A stretch of 64,000 bases of DNA from Felis catus. Its lineage: Eukaryota. The notes beneath the pieces are model-generated. The model worked only from the letters and a program-made list of their open reading frames with translations, was not told where the DNA came from and made no database searches. The stretch is taken from assembly GCF_018350175.1 (NCBI RefSeq), contig NC_058368.1, positions 221,838,001 to 221,902,000 of the forward strand. The letters run 5' to 3'. Positions within the stretch are counted from its first letter, which is position 1; the number at the start of each line of letters is the position of its first letter. The translations under genes and the position numbers were made by a program. Shown here one piece after another: positions 13,105-27,740 of the stretch.

Positions 13105-14185
13105 ATGGAGGTCACCCACTGCCATCAGGGGAGGCCTGAAGGTCCTTCTGCACTGGGCTGGCCCTGACAGCAGAACCCCAAGGCTACCTTCGACGAGGCC
13201 ACACTGACCATAGAGGCGGTCTAAACCCACATCATGCACAACGTTGGCGTCACTCCAAGTTTCTTCTGTCTCTGCTCTGTCAGATGCCCAGACCCAGATC
13301 TGGCTGCCCCCAAAACCCATCTTAGAGTTTTCCGGAGACCTGGCAGTGTACTTCCCCTGAGGTTTTATTTCTGGAACCGGCTTGAATCCTTCGGAGCCCG
13401 CTGTGTGCGGCTGTGGGCCTACAGAAGCCAAGTCTTGCTCAGAACCGACAGGGCAGGGGTGCGGCTCCTGAACCCAGCCTCCTCTGAGTGACTCTTTGGG
13501 CAGGGAAACCGGGAGTTTGTGCATGACCTCCCTCCTGTGAATGCGTCACTGTACGAGCTGTCCAGCCCAGACGAGATCCACTATTTTAAGAACCAAAGTT
13601 TGGGCGTGGCCTTTCTGCACCGATGCCGCCTCACTGGCTGAGACGGGGTCCCCCCTGGAGAAGGTGGCCAAGAAGTTTGCTTTCAAGGACTGCATTCCAC
13701 GCCCCTCCGCCTGCACATCGAGCCGCACCACGTGTCGACACCGCGGTGCCTGTGCAACATTTCCCGCAGGTTTGCGTGCGTCCTCCAGCCAGGCAGTGCT
13801 TCCCAGCAGGTCAGGTCATCTCGGTCAGGTCCCTGGCCACACCGCAGCGGGTGGCACCCTGCTTTGGCCCGGAGCGTGTGCCTGCGTGCCACCTGGAGCT
13901 TGTAGCCCCGGTAGCAGAGGAGAGCCTGTCCACATCCAGGACAGAACCTGGACCTGAGTTGGCCACCGGACTCCCCCACTCGTGAGGTTCCAGAGACAGG
14001 CACTGGTGGCATCCACTGGCAGCCAGTACCGGCACAGGGTCCCAGTGGCAATGGCAGCAACAGGAATCCCCATGCTGGCCCATGGGGGAAGGTCCAGGAG
14101 GTGGGTGACAAGCCAGTGGAAAGGCCTCAGGAAGTGCCAGAGACCTATTTCTGTGACTTCCAGGATGTCACCCACACGGTGCTGA

Positions 14186-15352
<1,167 letters not shown>

Positions 15353-15783
15353 TAGTGCCTGACCTAGGGACCGGCTCAGTGGCCCTCCTTCTGCACCGTC
15401 TTGCACGGGCTGTGGGCCCAGAGTGAACCCCAGCCTATCACCAGGACCCCTGCTTATGCCAGCGCTGTGCACTGAAGTTTCTGCACAGTGAGTGAGCGTG
15501 GGTGCCCGTTTTGAATTCGCTTACAAATGCACAGATGCCTGTGCTGTCCTTAATGTTTTACTTGGGGAGAGCTATGACCTCTTTGGACAAATTAGGCCCT
15601 TGCGATTTATTTATTTATATATTCATTTATTTTTGCTTTTGTTTTCTCTCTTGATGAAATACCCTTTACCCAATCGAATAAGCAAGTAAACAAACAAATA
15701 AAGCAAACTAGGAGTAAAATGTCTAAATGAAGATCACTACATCTAGAGACATGGCACAAATGTGTTAGATAAGAAAGACCTTG

Positions 15784-16005
15784 AGGGCCACCTGGATGGT
15801 GGAGTCGGTTAAGGGTCTGACTCTTGATTTCGGCTCAGGTCATGACATCATATTTAGTGAGCTTGAGCCCCACATTTGGGCCATGCTGAAGGTGCGGAAC
15901 CTGTTTGGGATTCTCTCTCTCTCTCTCTCTCTCTCTCCCTCTGTGTACCATGCCTCTCACTATTCTTCTCCCTCGCTCTTTCTCAAAAAACAAACAAACA
16001 AACAA
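15784..16005 (+). mobile_element. Can-SINE (older copy)
   Basis: Diverged head, (CT)n, (AAAC)n tail. Confidence 0.88.
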
Positions 16006-17861
16006 ACATGCATTTTCATTAAATTTCTAAATTTTATCTAAGTGCTTACATAACAAAATGCCTAGTCAAATTTACATATCTATTGTAATATCTAAACTAA
16101 AATGGAACTCAAAATAAGTAGATACAATACAAACGAAACATGTCATGTAGATATTTATTGGATGTGTCATTTTTTATGCAATGGAAATGTTGTAAAGTAA
16201 CAGCTTTCCTTTGTTTACCAACATCTACTTGTTTGTAAAAAATTGTTCCTTGTCTTACATACCTTTCTGTCCACCAACATTCACGTAAACATAAATTTTA
16301 GTTTACAAGAAATGACAAAAATATTTTACTTGAGTTACTATTAAGCAAATGCTGAATATATTTCCTCAAACTATTTTTTATGTTACTTTTATATAGATGC
16401 ACACATGTACATCTGTTCTTGGTGTTGATAATCATGTCAGGTAATCTCACATTCAGAATTACCTATGATTTAAAGAGGAACAACTGTTTTCTTCATACTG
16501 TCATATAGCAGTACTTATATAATATTTTTCCAAAATCATGCAATTCCAGAGAGATCGTACATTGATTTCCCCACCTTGTACCCGTTTCCTCTTAGAAAAT
16601 AGCTGTGCTTTGCTTGTGAACAACTCCTTCCAAATGCTCAGTCCACTGGTTTAGGTGTTGCTGACCACATCATATTCTATTAATGGCCATGCCATCCAGC
16701 TGTGACTAATTGGTGAGCTCACATTCCCATGCAGATTGCTGGAAGGTTGGGGACAGACTAAAGCCGTGAACAAAACTATTCTAAGACTTTTGTTCAGAAA
16801 TTTTGAAATAAAAAAAAATTATTCTTGCGTTTTATGTGACAAAGCTCTTTGTAGGGCCACGGAAGTTGTGGAAGCAAATGACAGCCACGTAGTCACCATG
16901 GAGCACGAGATCGCCTGCTCACAGAACCCACAAAGAAAAGCCACACAGAGATAAAGAAGCAGGGTCGAATCTTGATGCCATTTTGGAGTCTCTAGACTTA
17001 TTAGGAGCTCATGATGTCTTCGGATTATTTATTTTAAGAGCCTATGAATTTTCTATTTTGCTAAAAAAGATTATGAATTGGGATTTTAGAACTTTTCTGT
17101 AGGTGAAGAAATTTTAGATTAACCAAGGTACATGATTTGTCTTTTGTCAGTGACAGGCTTTGTAATGAAACTTTTGCTTTTTTAGCCCTTCTTCCATTCA
17201 TGATTCTAAATACTGGTTTTAACTGCATTAATAGATAAAAGTTATATATGTGGATGTTAAAGGGAAATGTCACCTCTATAGCAAACTATTGATGCAATCA
17301 AAAAGCTGTTTCATGAAATCTAATATTTGTGTCGTTTCGCCCTATTATTTCTCTAAAATATTAATTTGAAGTTCCATGTGATTAGGAATTAAGTTATATG
17401 GAATCTAAATTTCGCTTTATGCTATTACGGTTACTAATAGACTACAGAAACTTTTTTTTTATCATTTGAAATGGTTTAACCGTTTAGTCAAATCAGAGCG
17501 AGGATAAGAGTCAAGTGTTTTCAGTACTAATGACAGCTATCTAGTCCTGTCACCTTGAAGTAAATCAGCTAATGATTTTGGACTTCTACATCTAAATGTA
17601 AAATAAGGAAAAATGACCCAAATACTTGTAATAGATTTTGCAGTTTTATTAAGTTGAGTATTAAAACCAGCATGTTATTAAGACACATGCACAGCATTAC
17701 AATAAACTATTTTGCTCCCAAACTGGACATATTTTATTTGGTCTATGATGTAGGGCCTTTAACACATCTTTGCCAACATTTAACAATTTGGAGAATTCAT
17801 GTAGAATGTATGGTTTTGCACTGCATTAAAAAAAAAAATCAGAAATTTGGCTGCAGTGGGT

Positions 17862-18088
17862 GGGGCGCCCGAGGGGCTCAGCTGGTTAAGGATTGGACTT
17901 CAGCGCAGGTCATGATCTTATGGTTCATGAGTTTGAGTCCCGCGTTGGGCTCTGTGCTGACAGCTCAGAGCCTGGAGCCTTATTCGGATTCTGGGTCTCC
18001 CTCTCTGTCTCTGCCCCTCCCCCACTTGCACTGTTTCTGTCTCTCTCTCAAAAATAAATAATCATTTAAAAAAAAAACAAACATTTAA
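17862..18088 (+). mobile_element. Can-SINE
   Basis: Full structure; TSD-like agaaatttggctgcagt / agaaatctggcggcagt. Confidence 0.93.
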
Positions 18089-18814
18089 AGAAATCTGGCG
18101 GCAGTCGAGCAGCGTGACCATATGTGAAAAATTAACTGAAGCTGAAGAGCAGATGTGCCATTTAGTTAGGTCCTACGTTCGGAGTCACGGTTCGCGCAAA
18201 GCCATATATTTTGAACTTACTGATTATTAACAGGGTGTGGAGAGTGGCCCTTTTTCAGCCTAAGTATTTCACTAACTTACTTTATTGCCCAGATCCTGAG
18301 GACATTTATATTTGTGACCCCTTCGATATACATTGATAAGTATGGACAGCGTTTTTTATGAATGCAAGAACCAGGCACATGGTTGCAAAATTACATTCCA
18401 AGTCAAAATACTGAGGTTTGATCAACTTTCAACATTAAAGCTGTGCGCTGAACAGTTTGCATTGCAGCTGCAGGGTCTAATTATGTGATGGAAATGGACA
18501 ACACTGATTCAAAGCCGTTTACAGTTTAGAAAATTAGATGTATTTGACAGTAAGTGGTGTGGGCAGAAGAATGCACGGGGCAGGGGGGTGGGGTGTGTGG
18601 CATTATATTATGTTGATGTGAACTATAGAGAAATAACAGCAACAAAAGAGACCTGCTGTGGTCTAGAAAAGGGAGATTAAGCAGAACACAAAATTATATG
18701 TATGATTTGATTACAATTGTGTTTCAAGTACTATACTAAGACTGTGGCAAAAACAGAAACATCAAAGGATTTGATTTGTTTGAATGATTTTATTTATTAT
18801 TTTAAATTTCATTT

Positions 18815-19275
18815 GGGCCTCCTGCGTGGCTCAGTTTAGCGTCTGACTCTTGACTTTGGCTCAGCCCATCATCTCGTAGTTCTTTTTTTTTTTTTTTTAA
18901 GTTTTTTTTTTTTTTCAACATTTATTTATTTTTGGGACAGAGAGAGACAGAGCATGAACAGGGGAGGGGCAGAGAGAGAGGGAGACACAGAATCGGAAAC
19001 AGGCTCCAGGCTCCGAGCCAGCAGCCCAGAGCCCGACGCGGGGCTCGAACTCACGGACCGCGAGATCGTGACCTGGCTGAAGTCGGACGCTTAACCGACT
19101 GCGCCACCCAGGCGCCCCAATAATCTCGTAGTTCTTAAGTTCGAGTCCTGAATCAGGCTCTGCACTAACAGTGTAGAGCCTGTTTGGGATGCTTGCTCTT
19201 TCCTTCTCTTTGCCTTTCCCCCATGCTCCCTCTCTCGCTATCTCTCTCTCTCAAAAATAAATAAACTTAAACAAA
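18815..19275 (+). mobile_element. Older Can-SINE split by a nested SINE
   Basis: Head 18815-18884, remainder 19123-19275, flanked by aaatttcattt. Confidence 0.88.
18885..19118 (-). mobile_element. Young SINEC_Fc-type SINE nested antisense in an older SINE
   Basis: CpG-rich, long T tail; TSD atctcgtagttctt at 18871-18884 and 19123-19136. Confidence 0.96.
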
Positions 19276-20696
19276 TAAATTTCATTTAATATTCTCTATT
19301 TTATGATAAAAGTGATCAAATTAAAATGATAAAGTACATAATCCGATTTGAGAATAAATAACCAACTTTATATTTCTGAAGTATAACATCAAAATGAATT
19401 TCATCCATTGTGTAGAATATTATAGAACTGCTATATCATACACTTGACCACACTTTCATGACTCAAAGACACATGCAACAAAAATATTCTCAAGATGGTT
19501 CATGTTTCAGAGCAGTATTTTCCAAAAAATTTTATATCATGAATTACACAAGAAAATGTTATATTTGTAGTTTAAAAAAAAATGAACAGTATGCATCCAC
19601 TTGTAAATTATAAACTTGCTTTGCAGTTAATTTATCGAAAAAATATTTGTTAAACTTAACATTTATTTCTTAAGATTACAACTACATATTAGAAGATCTA
19701 ATAGTGTATTTATATTCATAGGCTACTGTTTTAGGATCCCCAGACCTACCATGGAAAGGCATGTACAAAACTGAGAATCTAGCTGAGGAAGATAGATATA
19801 AATAAGGAATTGCAAGAAAAGTAGCAAAGATTCCATGCTATATAATACAAAGTCTAAATCATTTGTGTGGTGGTATTTGAGAAAGAAAATAAATAAGATA
19901 TTTTTAAGTCATTCAAGCTCATAATCATTTCAAACATATAAGGGAAATGGAAATGTTATAATTTTTATTACGGTGAAATTATTTTATCAGTAATGCGAGG
20001 TGGGTTCTGAGGTTTTTTTGTTTTGTTTTGTTTTGTTTTAGCAAGAATTCCAGAGACATTTGGATAAATGACCTTTCTTTTAATCTACAAATCCAAGTCC
20101 ACAAATAAGCTTTGGACTTGGCTTTGCATTGGCCTGGGGAATCTAAAGGCTATACATGCACACAGGGCTCATGCCCGGGAGAACTGCTAGTTTTCTGTTC
20201 AACAACGTTTCTTGTTCCTTACAATGGAAACCATGTGATTTCAATATTGGACACATTAATTCTGAGACCCATTATTGCTTAGTTTCCAATTTTGTCAAAT
20301 TTTCAAACATTTGATTAAAATTTGATGTGCTAAAAATTTAATTGTGTCTATTGTACATCACTGTATTTGTTAGTTTGTTTAAAGGCAGACTATCTTATTA
20401 GCTGAAGATAGTTCATATTCAGACATAGTCTAGGCATATGAAGGACTCTGAAAGATACTGATACGTACTACAATAGATGTAAATTAGGAACCAGATTACT
20501 TTTCTTAGAAAACTGGTAAGTCAAGAAGAGCAAAGCGGATGTAGGCTTGAAGAAAACTAGGTTTTATTTCCTAATCAAGAAAGCAGAGGAAAAAGGGAAA
20601 CTTCTAGTAAGATCAAGGCAGCAGATCATTGAGAGGGGAAAGCAAGGACTTTGAAGTGCACACACATGTGTGTGTATAGCTATACATATAGACAGA

Positions 20697-20743
20697 CTGT
20701 GTGAGTGTGTGTGTGTGTGCGCGTGCGTGTGTGTGCGTGTGTG
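20697..20743. repeat. (TG)n/(CG) microsatellite
   Basis: Direct read. Confidence 0.85.
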
Positions 20744-23700
20744 CATTTCAGGGCTAGACAAGAAGCTTATACACATCCAGTCAGTTCTAGGTGCCATGCT
20801 ATGCACTGGCAGGGCTCTAATTCATTTACAAGCATTTTATCATAGAACCTGCTCAGGAGTTCTGCTCAGGGTGACTTTTTTTTGGGTCTGTCTTTAAGTG
20901 CAAGTTGTGTTACATTATTTATTAATTTATTTCCGTTCCCTTTATAAACTCTGCATGAAGATAATCTGGTGTTTATTTAAGTAGCGGCCAAGGACCAAAA
21001 GCTTAAATGGAAGAGAAATATGAATGAAGTGGCATTATTTTGATAGTAGAAATAATCTTCATTTGACAATAGCAGTGATAAATAGACTTCCAGGAGTTAA
21101 GACATAAGACCATCAGCACAGAGGACTTCAAAGCTCAGTTAAGCAATAAGAATATTAAATCTGATTACAATGAAAGTTTTCTGTTCTTAGCTCATAATTG
21201 AACATCACGCTGAAGAATCTGTCATTAGTAAATTATACTGTAAAAACATTCAGAAAGCTATTCTCCAAAATAGTTGTAGTATTGAAATGTAGACGTTTCA
21301 ATATATGGTGTAAGTTAAAATACTTACACCAATTGGGAAGGCTGTATATATCATGCATACATTACATTTTAAATAAAATAAATAGCATGCATCCAGTTAT
21401 AAATTATAAACTTGCATTGCGGTTAATTTAAATATGAAATAGTAGTAAAACTCAATCCTTTCTTGCTTAAGATTAAAACTTCACATAAATAGAAAATCTA
21501 ATAATTTTGTGGATTGTTTTGTTTTCTTTTGTTTTTATTCATAGACCATAGTTCTAAAATCCAGAAGACCCACAATGTAAAAGACACATAAGCAGCTTAG
21601 AATCCAGCTGGGGAAGACAGTTATGGTCTCTTAATTTGTAACTGACAAACAGTACAAAGAACGGAAGACAGTGGTTGAGGTTAGAATTGACTTGCTAAGA
21701 AGATGAACTTTTTCCTGGATAGGCTTTTTTTATGCTTGGCTTACCATTTTTACCCTTTTGTTGTGTCCATTCCCCAGCCCCATCTCTTTAAAACTTTATG
21801 TCTCATAGGAGTGATTCATTCTCGGATGCCTCCAGCATCCTCCTTCTTTATTGGGTTCAGCTATTATTATTATTTATTCTTAAAAAGAGAACTCTTTGTT
21901 AACCTCGATTAGATTTGCGAAAGAAATCATGTATTTTAAACACTGCTACAATAAATAGCTCACCTCTCATTTTGTGTAAGTTGAAAATGGTATCACCTGC
22001 TTATATATTCATTGTCCATTAGCATCAACCTCATTTGGTGAATATGCGCTGTTCTTTACATTTACTTTTTATCTGGTTCCTCAGCTTTTTAGGGAAGGGC
22101 AACCCTTCTGTCAGAGATTGTTCCTGAACAAATTGTGACATAAGGATTTGTCATCAAGAGCAAATCTCCCCAAATAGTTTCTTTATAAGGAATATTCTGG
22201 AATATATTTTCTTACAAAATGTCATGGTATAATACTTTGGTATTTAGGAAGTATTTGTTGAGATTTTTCATTATAAATGATCCTGTATTACTTTGTCTTT
22301 TATTCTTTTAATACGTTGTGTTTCATTAATTAATTTTTAGGATATAAACCAACCTTGGATTTCTAGGGTTAAATCCTTCCAACGTTATGCAGACCTTGGG
22401 CAACCGAAGAATTCCCAATGTTCTTACAAACATTCAACACATAAAATATATTCAAATACAATATTCAGCAGCACGCACACCACAATTCTTATACAGAAGT
22501 GTAAATATAAAAACCTGTATGTCACCATTGTCACTTTGCTACCATTCACTGTCTCATGTAGAATGTAACTTTTTTTTAGTGATGTTCAAATGATTTCATA
22601 AAATGTACTTCTTTACTAGGCTGAAGAGACACATTAACTTTCTAGATATTTTTCCTGAATATGACGTGAGAGAGTAAAAAAATATATACAATGATTTCAG
22701 GGTCTGACTGTACCTTTTTATTCACAGCAGCATTCTGCATCCAGCATTTTCACATTGCTGAACTGAGGTAGAATTTTAAGAGGTAATGTACCAGAGTGGC
22801 GCATACCTCACTCTGAATTGAACAATAATTTGGAATACCTTGTGGTAAGGCAATAGAGTAAGTGTTAAATGTTCCAGTTTCGCTCTTGTATAAAATGTCT
22901 TCTGTTCTATGTTTAATCATAACTTTAGATGTTTACCTGTTTTCGATATTACCATCATTTTCCATTACAAGGAAAAAGAGTATGCTATAAAATAAGGTGT
23001 TATCTTTATAGCATCAAAGAATGAAAAGTATTCCTTTAGGTATTAAAAATGTGTCATATAACAATGTTGCGATATTATAAAGTACAATATGGCACAAAAT
23101 GTAAATATCGAGGGAAATAGGATATGCCAGAAAGTTAGTGGAATTTTGTGAAATTAATTCTGCAAGGAAATTGGGTGGATGCAGTTGCTTATTTGCTTGA
23201 TTACCAACCTTATGGACTTTTGAAGTATTAACGAGCTTCAAAGCCAAGCCTCATCAGTTACTGGGTTCATGATCAAGGAGCAGAGTTGTTCTTTGGTTGC
23301 TTTTAAGTTACATCAAACATCACTTTTGAAGGAATGGAAAGCAGAGAGTGGCTAAGATCTGGGAAGGTGCATATTTTGAAGTTTACTTGGGTTAAGGAAA
23401 TCTTCCATTACTACACTGAATCAGAGAAGCCAGAATTTGCAAGACACAAAGTAGAACCTGACGACGGATTCCTTCTCTAGTGGAAAAGAATGGAGGAAGG
23501 AGGTAGGTAAACTGGAAGAAAGAGGGATGGCTTAAAGTAAAACTTTGGAAAGGAACCAAACTATGAGATATTGAAAGGACTGAAAAAAAAAAAAAAGATT
23601 GAGAAGGTTGAGTGTGACAAAGTATGCAAATGAGAGATCCTCCAAAGGTATCAGGTGTAAGGCTAATCTTTTTCCCTTATGGTTCAATGGAGATTGTTAA

Positions 23701-24115
23701 TTAGATACCGCTTTGCTTCCCACTCCTGATACATAATAATTTTGCGAAATTTTAGCCTTTCAATAATGACCCATTAGGTATGCTTTTAACCTGTTTATAA
23801 GTGTCATGGTAATACACAGAAAAGTTTCAAAGCCTGGTTTCTATTCATGGGGATTCTTGCCCGAGAATTGAGGAAGGAAACAGACTATCACCCAGTAATC
23901 TTTGAGCCAGAGAGACCAGCAAAAAAAATCCCCCAAACGAGAACAATATGCTTATTGCACAATTACTGTCCTAAAAATAATATAACTTGTGACGCCTTGA
24001 TTGTTGAGATGAGCACCATCATAAAATAAATATATATTTAAGAATAACTAATTTACGTACACAGCACATCATTTGTAATAGCAGCTCCTAAAGAAACTCT
24101 TGATGTATGAAACAT

Positions 24116-24185
24116 TTAATTTAATTTTTTTCTTTATTTTGAGAGAGAGAGAGAGAGAGAGAGAGATTAGTGATGAAGGGACAGA

Positions 24186-24223
<38 letters not shown>

Positions 24224-24351
24224 CCTGAGCAGGCTCCCCCGTGTCATCACAGAGCCCCACGTGGAGCTCCAGCTCATGAAGAGTTAAGATCATAATCTGA
24301 GTCAAAATCAAGAGTCGGACACTTAACTGACTGAGCCACCCCAGTGCCCCC
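24116..24351 (-). mobile_element. Can-SINE
   Basis: (GA)n tracts, antisense head; TSD-like atgtatgaaacattt / atatatggaacattt. Confidence 0.92.
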
Positions 24352-24602
24352 ATATATGGAACATTTTGATTAGAGTACTGAGAATATGCAGTGACTCAAA
24401 TTTGAACCCTCACCTTTGCTGTGGGCAAAAGAAACAGGCCTTCTCTGTAACTAGAATACTGATTTCTTGAATCTAACACTAAATACACTGGCTTTCTACC
24501 TTTTTAAAGCATGTTTTGGACTCAAGATCCAAGGAACTAATTTATTTTGTTCATGTGTTCATGAATACTCTTTTGTATATAAAATATTAATACAGACGTG
24601 TC

Positions 24603-24829
24603 ATTTATTTTTTTTAATTTTTTTAATGCTTATTTGTTTTTGAGAGAGAGAGAGGGACAGAGCATGAGTAGGGAAGGGCCAGAGAGAGAGCAAGACACAG
24701 AATCCGAAGCAGGCTCCAGGCTCTGAGCTGTCAGCGCAGAGCCCCACACGGGGCTTGAACCCACACACCGCGAGATCGTGATATGAGCCAGAGTTGGATG
24801 CTTAACCAACTAAGCCATGCAGGTGCCCC
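24603..24829 (-). mobile_element. Can-SINE
   Basis: Full antisense structure. Confidence 0.93.
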
Positions 24830-26530
24830 ACAATTGTTGTTTTTCAAACCGTGGGATGTCCAAAATGATGACAGAATGTCCTAGGTATTGCTAAACTTAG
24901 TACTTTCAGACCACTGAAATCTAATTCATATAGATTTATAAGTTCCAGATTGCCATTGCTTTACTGCTTTAATCTGCCATTGTCCAGCTTTTCCACTGTT
25001 TTTTTTTTTTTTTTTTTTTTTTTTGCTAATAATTATAAATTTCCTTCTCTCTCTCAATTTTCCTGTAACGTCTGGAGTTTGGTTTGTGCATGGTTCATTT
25101 TCATCCATTATTCTTCTCTTACGCAATTTTCTCTTCCAGCGAATAACACAGATCTTGCTGTAATAAAATTCATTTGCTTGGTTTGTACAACATTCCCAAA
25201 TACTCTGTCCAGAGTTTATTCACTCTGTTTTCTGAAATATGCTCTATCTCCAACACAAAACTCTTGACTGATACCTGGAAGTGTCTCACTCTGTGCTATC
25301 TCCCTTGCCCTTGCTGGTTTCAGGCCCTCTTTGGGTGCTCAGCCTGGGGCAAGCTAGCATCTATCCTTCTCCATAAACAACTTTAAGCATTGATGTAGGA
25401 TAATTGAGGTACATAAACTACCGTCCATGGGTTTCTTCCTATAATATGCTGTACAGGTAATTTCCTGAAGGGATCAGCATGATAAAATTATTCAAAAAAG
25501 CACAGCTCCAACTTTGTGGTTGGATCATCTCTTCCTGATATGTGAATCTGTCCCACTGGTTGCAGTGCTATGATTATAACTGTCTCCAATACATCCTTTT
25601 TCTGAAAGAGGAATAATCTAGACACCCTTACCGCTTATGTCCTGTTAACATTCTCAGCATTATTCTCTCTAGAATTAGCCGACTTACAGGAACCCCTTAC
25701 TTGGTTCTATAGAGGGTTTTAATTTAAGTATAACTGGATACAGTGCCAAAGTTCAAGGCACTTGAACTGAGGCAGTGCTCCCATAATTCCTTAATAATGC
25801 CATGAAATGGACCAGGACATTTACTTAACCACCGCATTTTCAGAAATCTTACTATGTATGAGATTGAGTGTAAAAAGTATTCAAAGGAGGATACAATGAT
25901 TGGCTTATTTCCATTAGGTCATACAGAGTTCACCTCGGCTGGCTCTCTGGCTACCTCCTCTTTGGTTCTTTTTCTAACTTTCTTTTCCCATGATCCCCTA
26001 GTTCTTTGCATTCTACTTTTCCTCCTCCACCCCCCCCCACCCATGACCTTGCCCCGTCTCATCACTTGTCCTTCTCATTTTTGACCTGTGCCTCAGCTCT
26101 ATCCTAGCTGAGGAAGGTCAGAAGTTCCTGTACTGTGGGTCCCTGAAGGCCACTCTTATTCCTTCAGATTCTTCAGTTAAAATCCTCTGTGTGAAGAAGA
26201 AAACATTTTCTTGTTCACATTGTCCATGTTTCCAGCCTCCATCTAATTACCTAATATTGTTTAATTTCTCAGAGAAGGCAAAATGTTGGGTGAGCTAGGA
26301 AGGATAAAATGTCCTTCTGTCACATATCCATTTTCCCCATATTTTCTAAAAAGCAAGTAATGTGAAAACACTGTAGAAATAATTATATTGACAAAAGCAT
26401 TTGTGAATGCCTGAAGTTGCCCTGTTGTATATGGAAAACAGATTATTTAAATTAAGTATAATTAGTATGTAGCATAATTAATTATAGAAGTCAAACACAG
26501 CCTGTAATTTTTTTTTAAAGATCACAGACT

Positions 26531-26588
26531 TCTTTTATTTTTATTTTACAGAGAGAGACAGCCTAAGTGAGGGAGATAGAGAGGGGAA

Positions 26589-26638
<50 letters not shown>

Positions 26639-26770
26639 AATCTTGAGCAGGCTCCATGCTGGGCACACAGCCCAATGCCAGGCTCGATCCCAGGACTCTG
26701 GGATCATGATCTGAGCCAAAATCAAATCAAGAGTTGGACACTCAAACTGCCTGAGCCACCAAGGCACCCA
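26531..26770 (-). mobile_element. Can-SINE (older copy)
   Basis: (GA)n, antisense head ending gccaccaaggcaccc. Confidence 0.88.
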
Positions 26771-26899
26771 AATGCAGACTTTAATTTTTCTTAAAATTGG
26801 GAAAAATATGTCTAGACTAAAATTTATGATCAATTATCAATTTAGATGATGTCTTATACAAAAAAAATTAGGAATTCTAATATGCTATCCACTAATTTG

Positions 26900-27129
26900 C
26901 TTTTTTAAATCATTTTTTTAAGTTTATTTGTGTATTTTGAGAGGGCAAGAGAGAAACAGAGAGGTGGGGAGGGGCGGAGAGGGAAAGGGAGAGAGAGAGA
27001 GAACCCCAAGCAGGCTCTGCACTTTTAGCACTGAGCCTGATGCAGAGCTCAAACTCATGAAACAGGAGATCATGACCCGAGCCGAAACCAAGAGTGTGAC
27101 GTTTAACCAACTAAGTCACCCAGGCACCC
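26900..27129 (-). mobile_element. Can-SINE
   Basis: Flanked by taatttgctttt on both sides. Confidence 0.92.
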
Positions 27130-27545
27130 TAATTTGCTTTTTACTTAGTAAACTTTTATTTACCATTTTATATATAGGATATACATAAGAATGGTCCTTG
27201 AACTTGTATCACCTTAAATAATTAATTGAACTAGTGTGTTTTAAATTAGGTATTTTTAAGCTAAACACATGTCTTTTGGTATCAACACTGTACTCATTTT
27301 AAATATAATACATATATATTTTTGAGTTTTATAGCTTTGTATTAAGAATATAAAAATAGCATTTCCTTGAAAAATCATTTTATTAACACTGAGGTACAGC
27401 AGGTGACTTTATTAAGGAATTGGTCAAAGATTAGAAATTCTCCCAACAAAGACAAGGAAAAACAAGAGAGATTTATAGTTTATTTTGTTGGACTTTGTGA
27501 TATATTATGGTCATTCTTTCTATCGTATGAGAAGTATAGCTTTGT

Positions 27546-27740
27546 GGGGCACCTGGGTGGTTCAGTCAGTTAAGCACCTGACTTCGACTCAGGTTATGAT
27601 CTCATAATTCGTGAGTTCAAGCCCCACCTCAGGCTTTGTGCTGACAGTGTAGAGCCTACTTGGAATTCTCTCCCCCCCCCCCCCGTCTCTTCTCCACTTG
27701 TGTGCTCTCTGTCTCTCAGAGTGAATAAACTTAAAACAAA
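27546..27740 (+). mobile_element. Can-SINE
   Basis: ggggcacctgggtggttcagtcagttaag head, aataaa tail. Confidence 0.92.

Noticed and set aside
20093..20121. 9-bp inverted repeat ccaagtcca / tggacttgg
   Set aside because: Short enough to occur by chance in 64 kb
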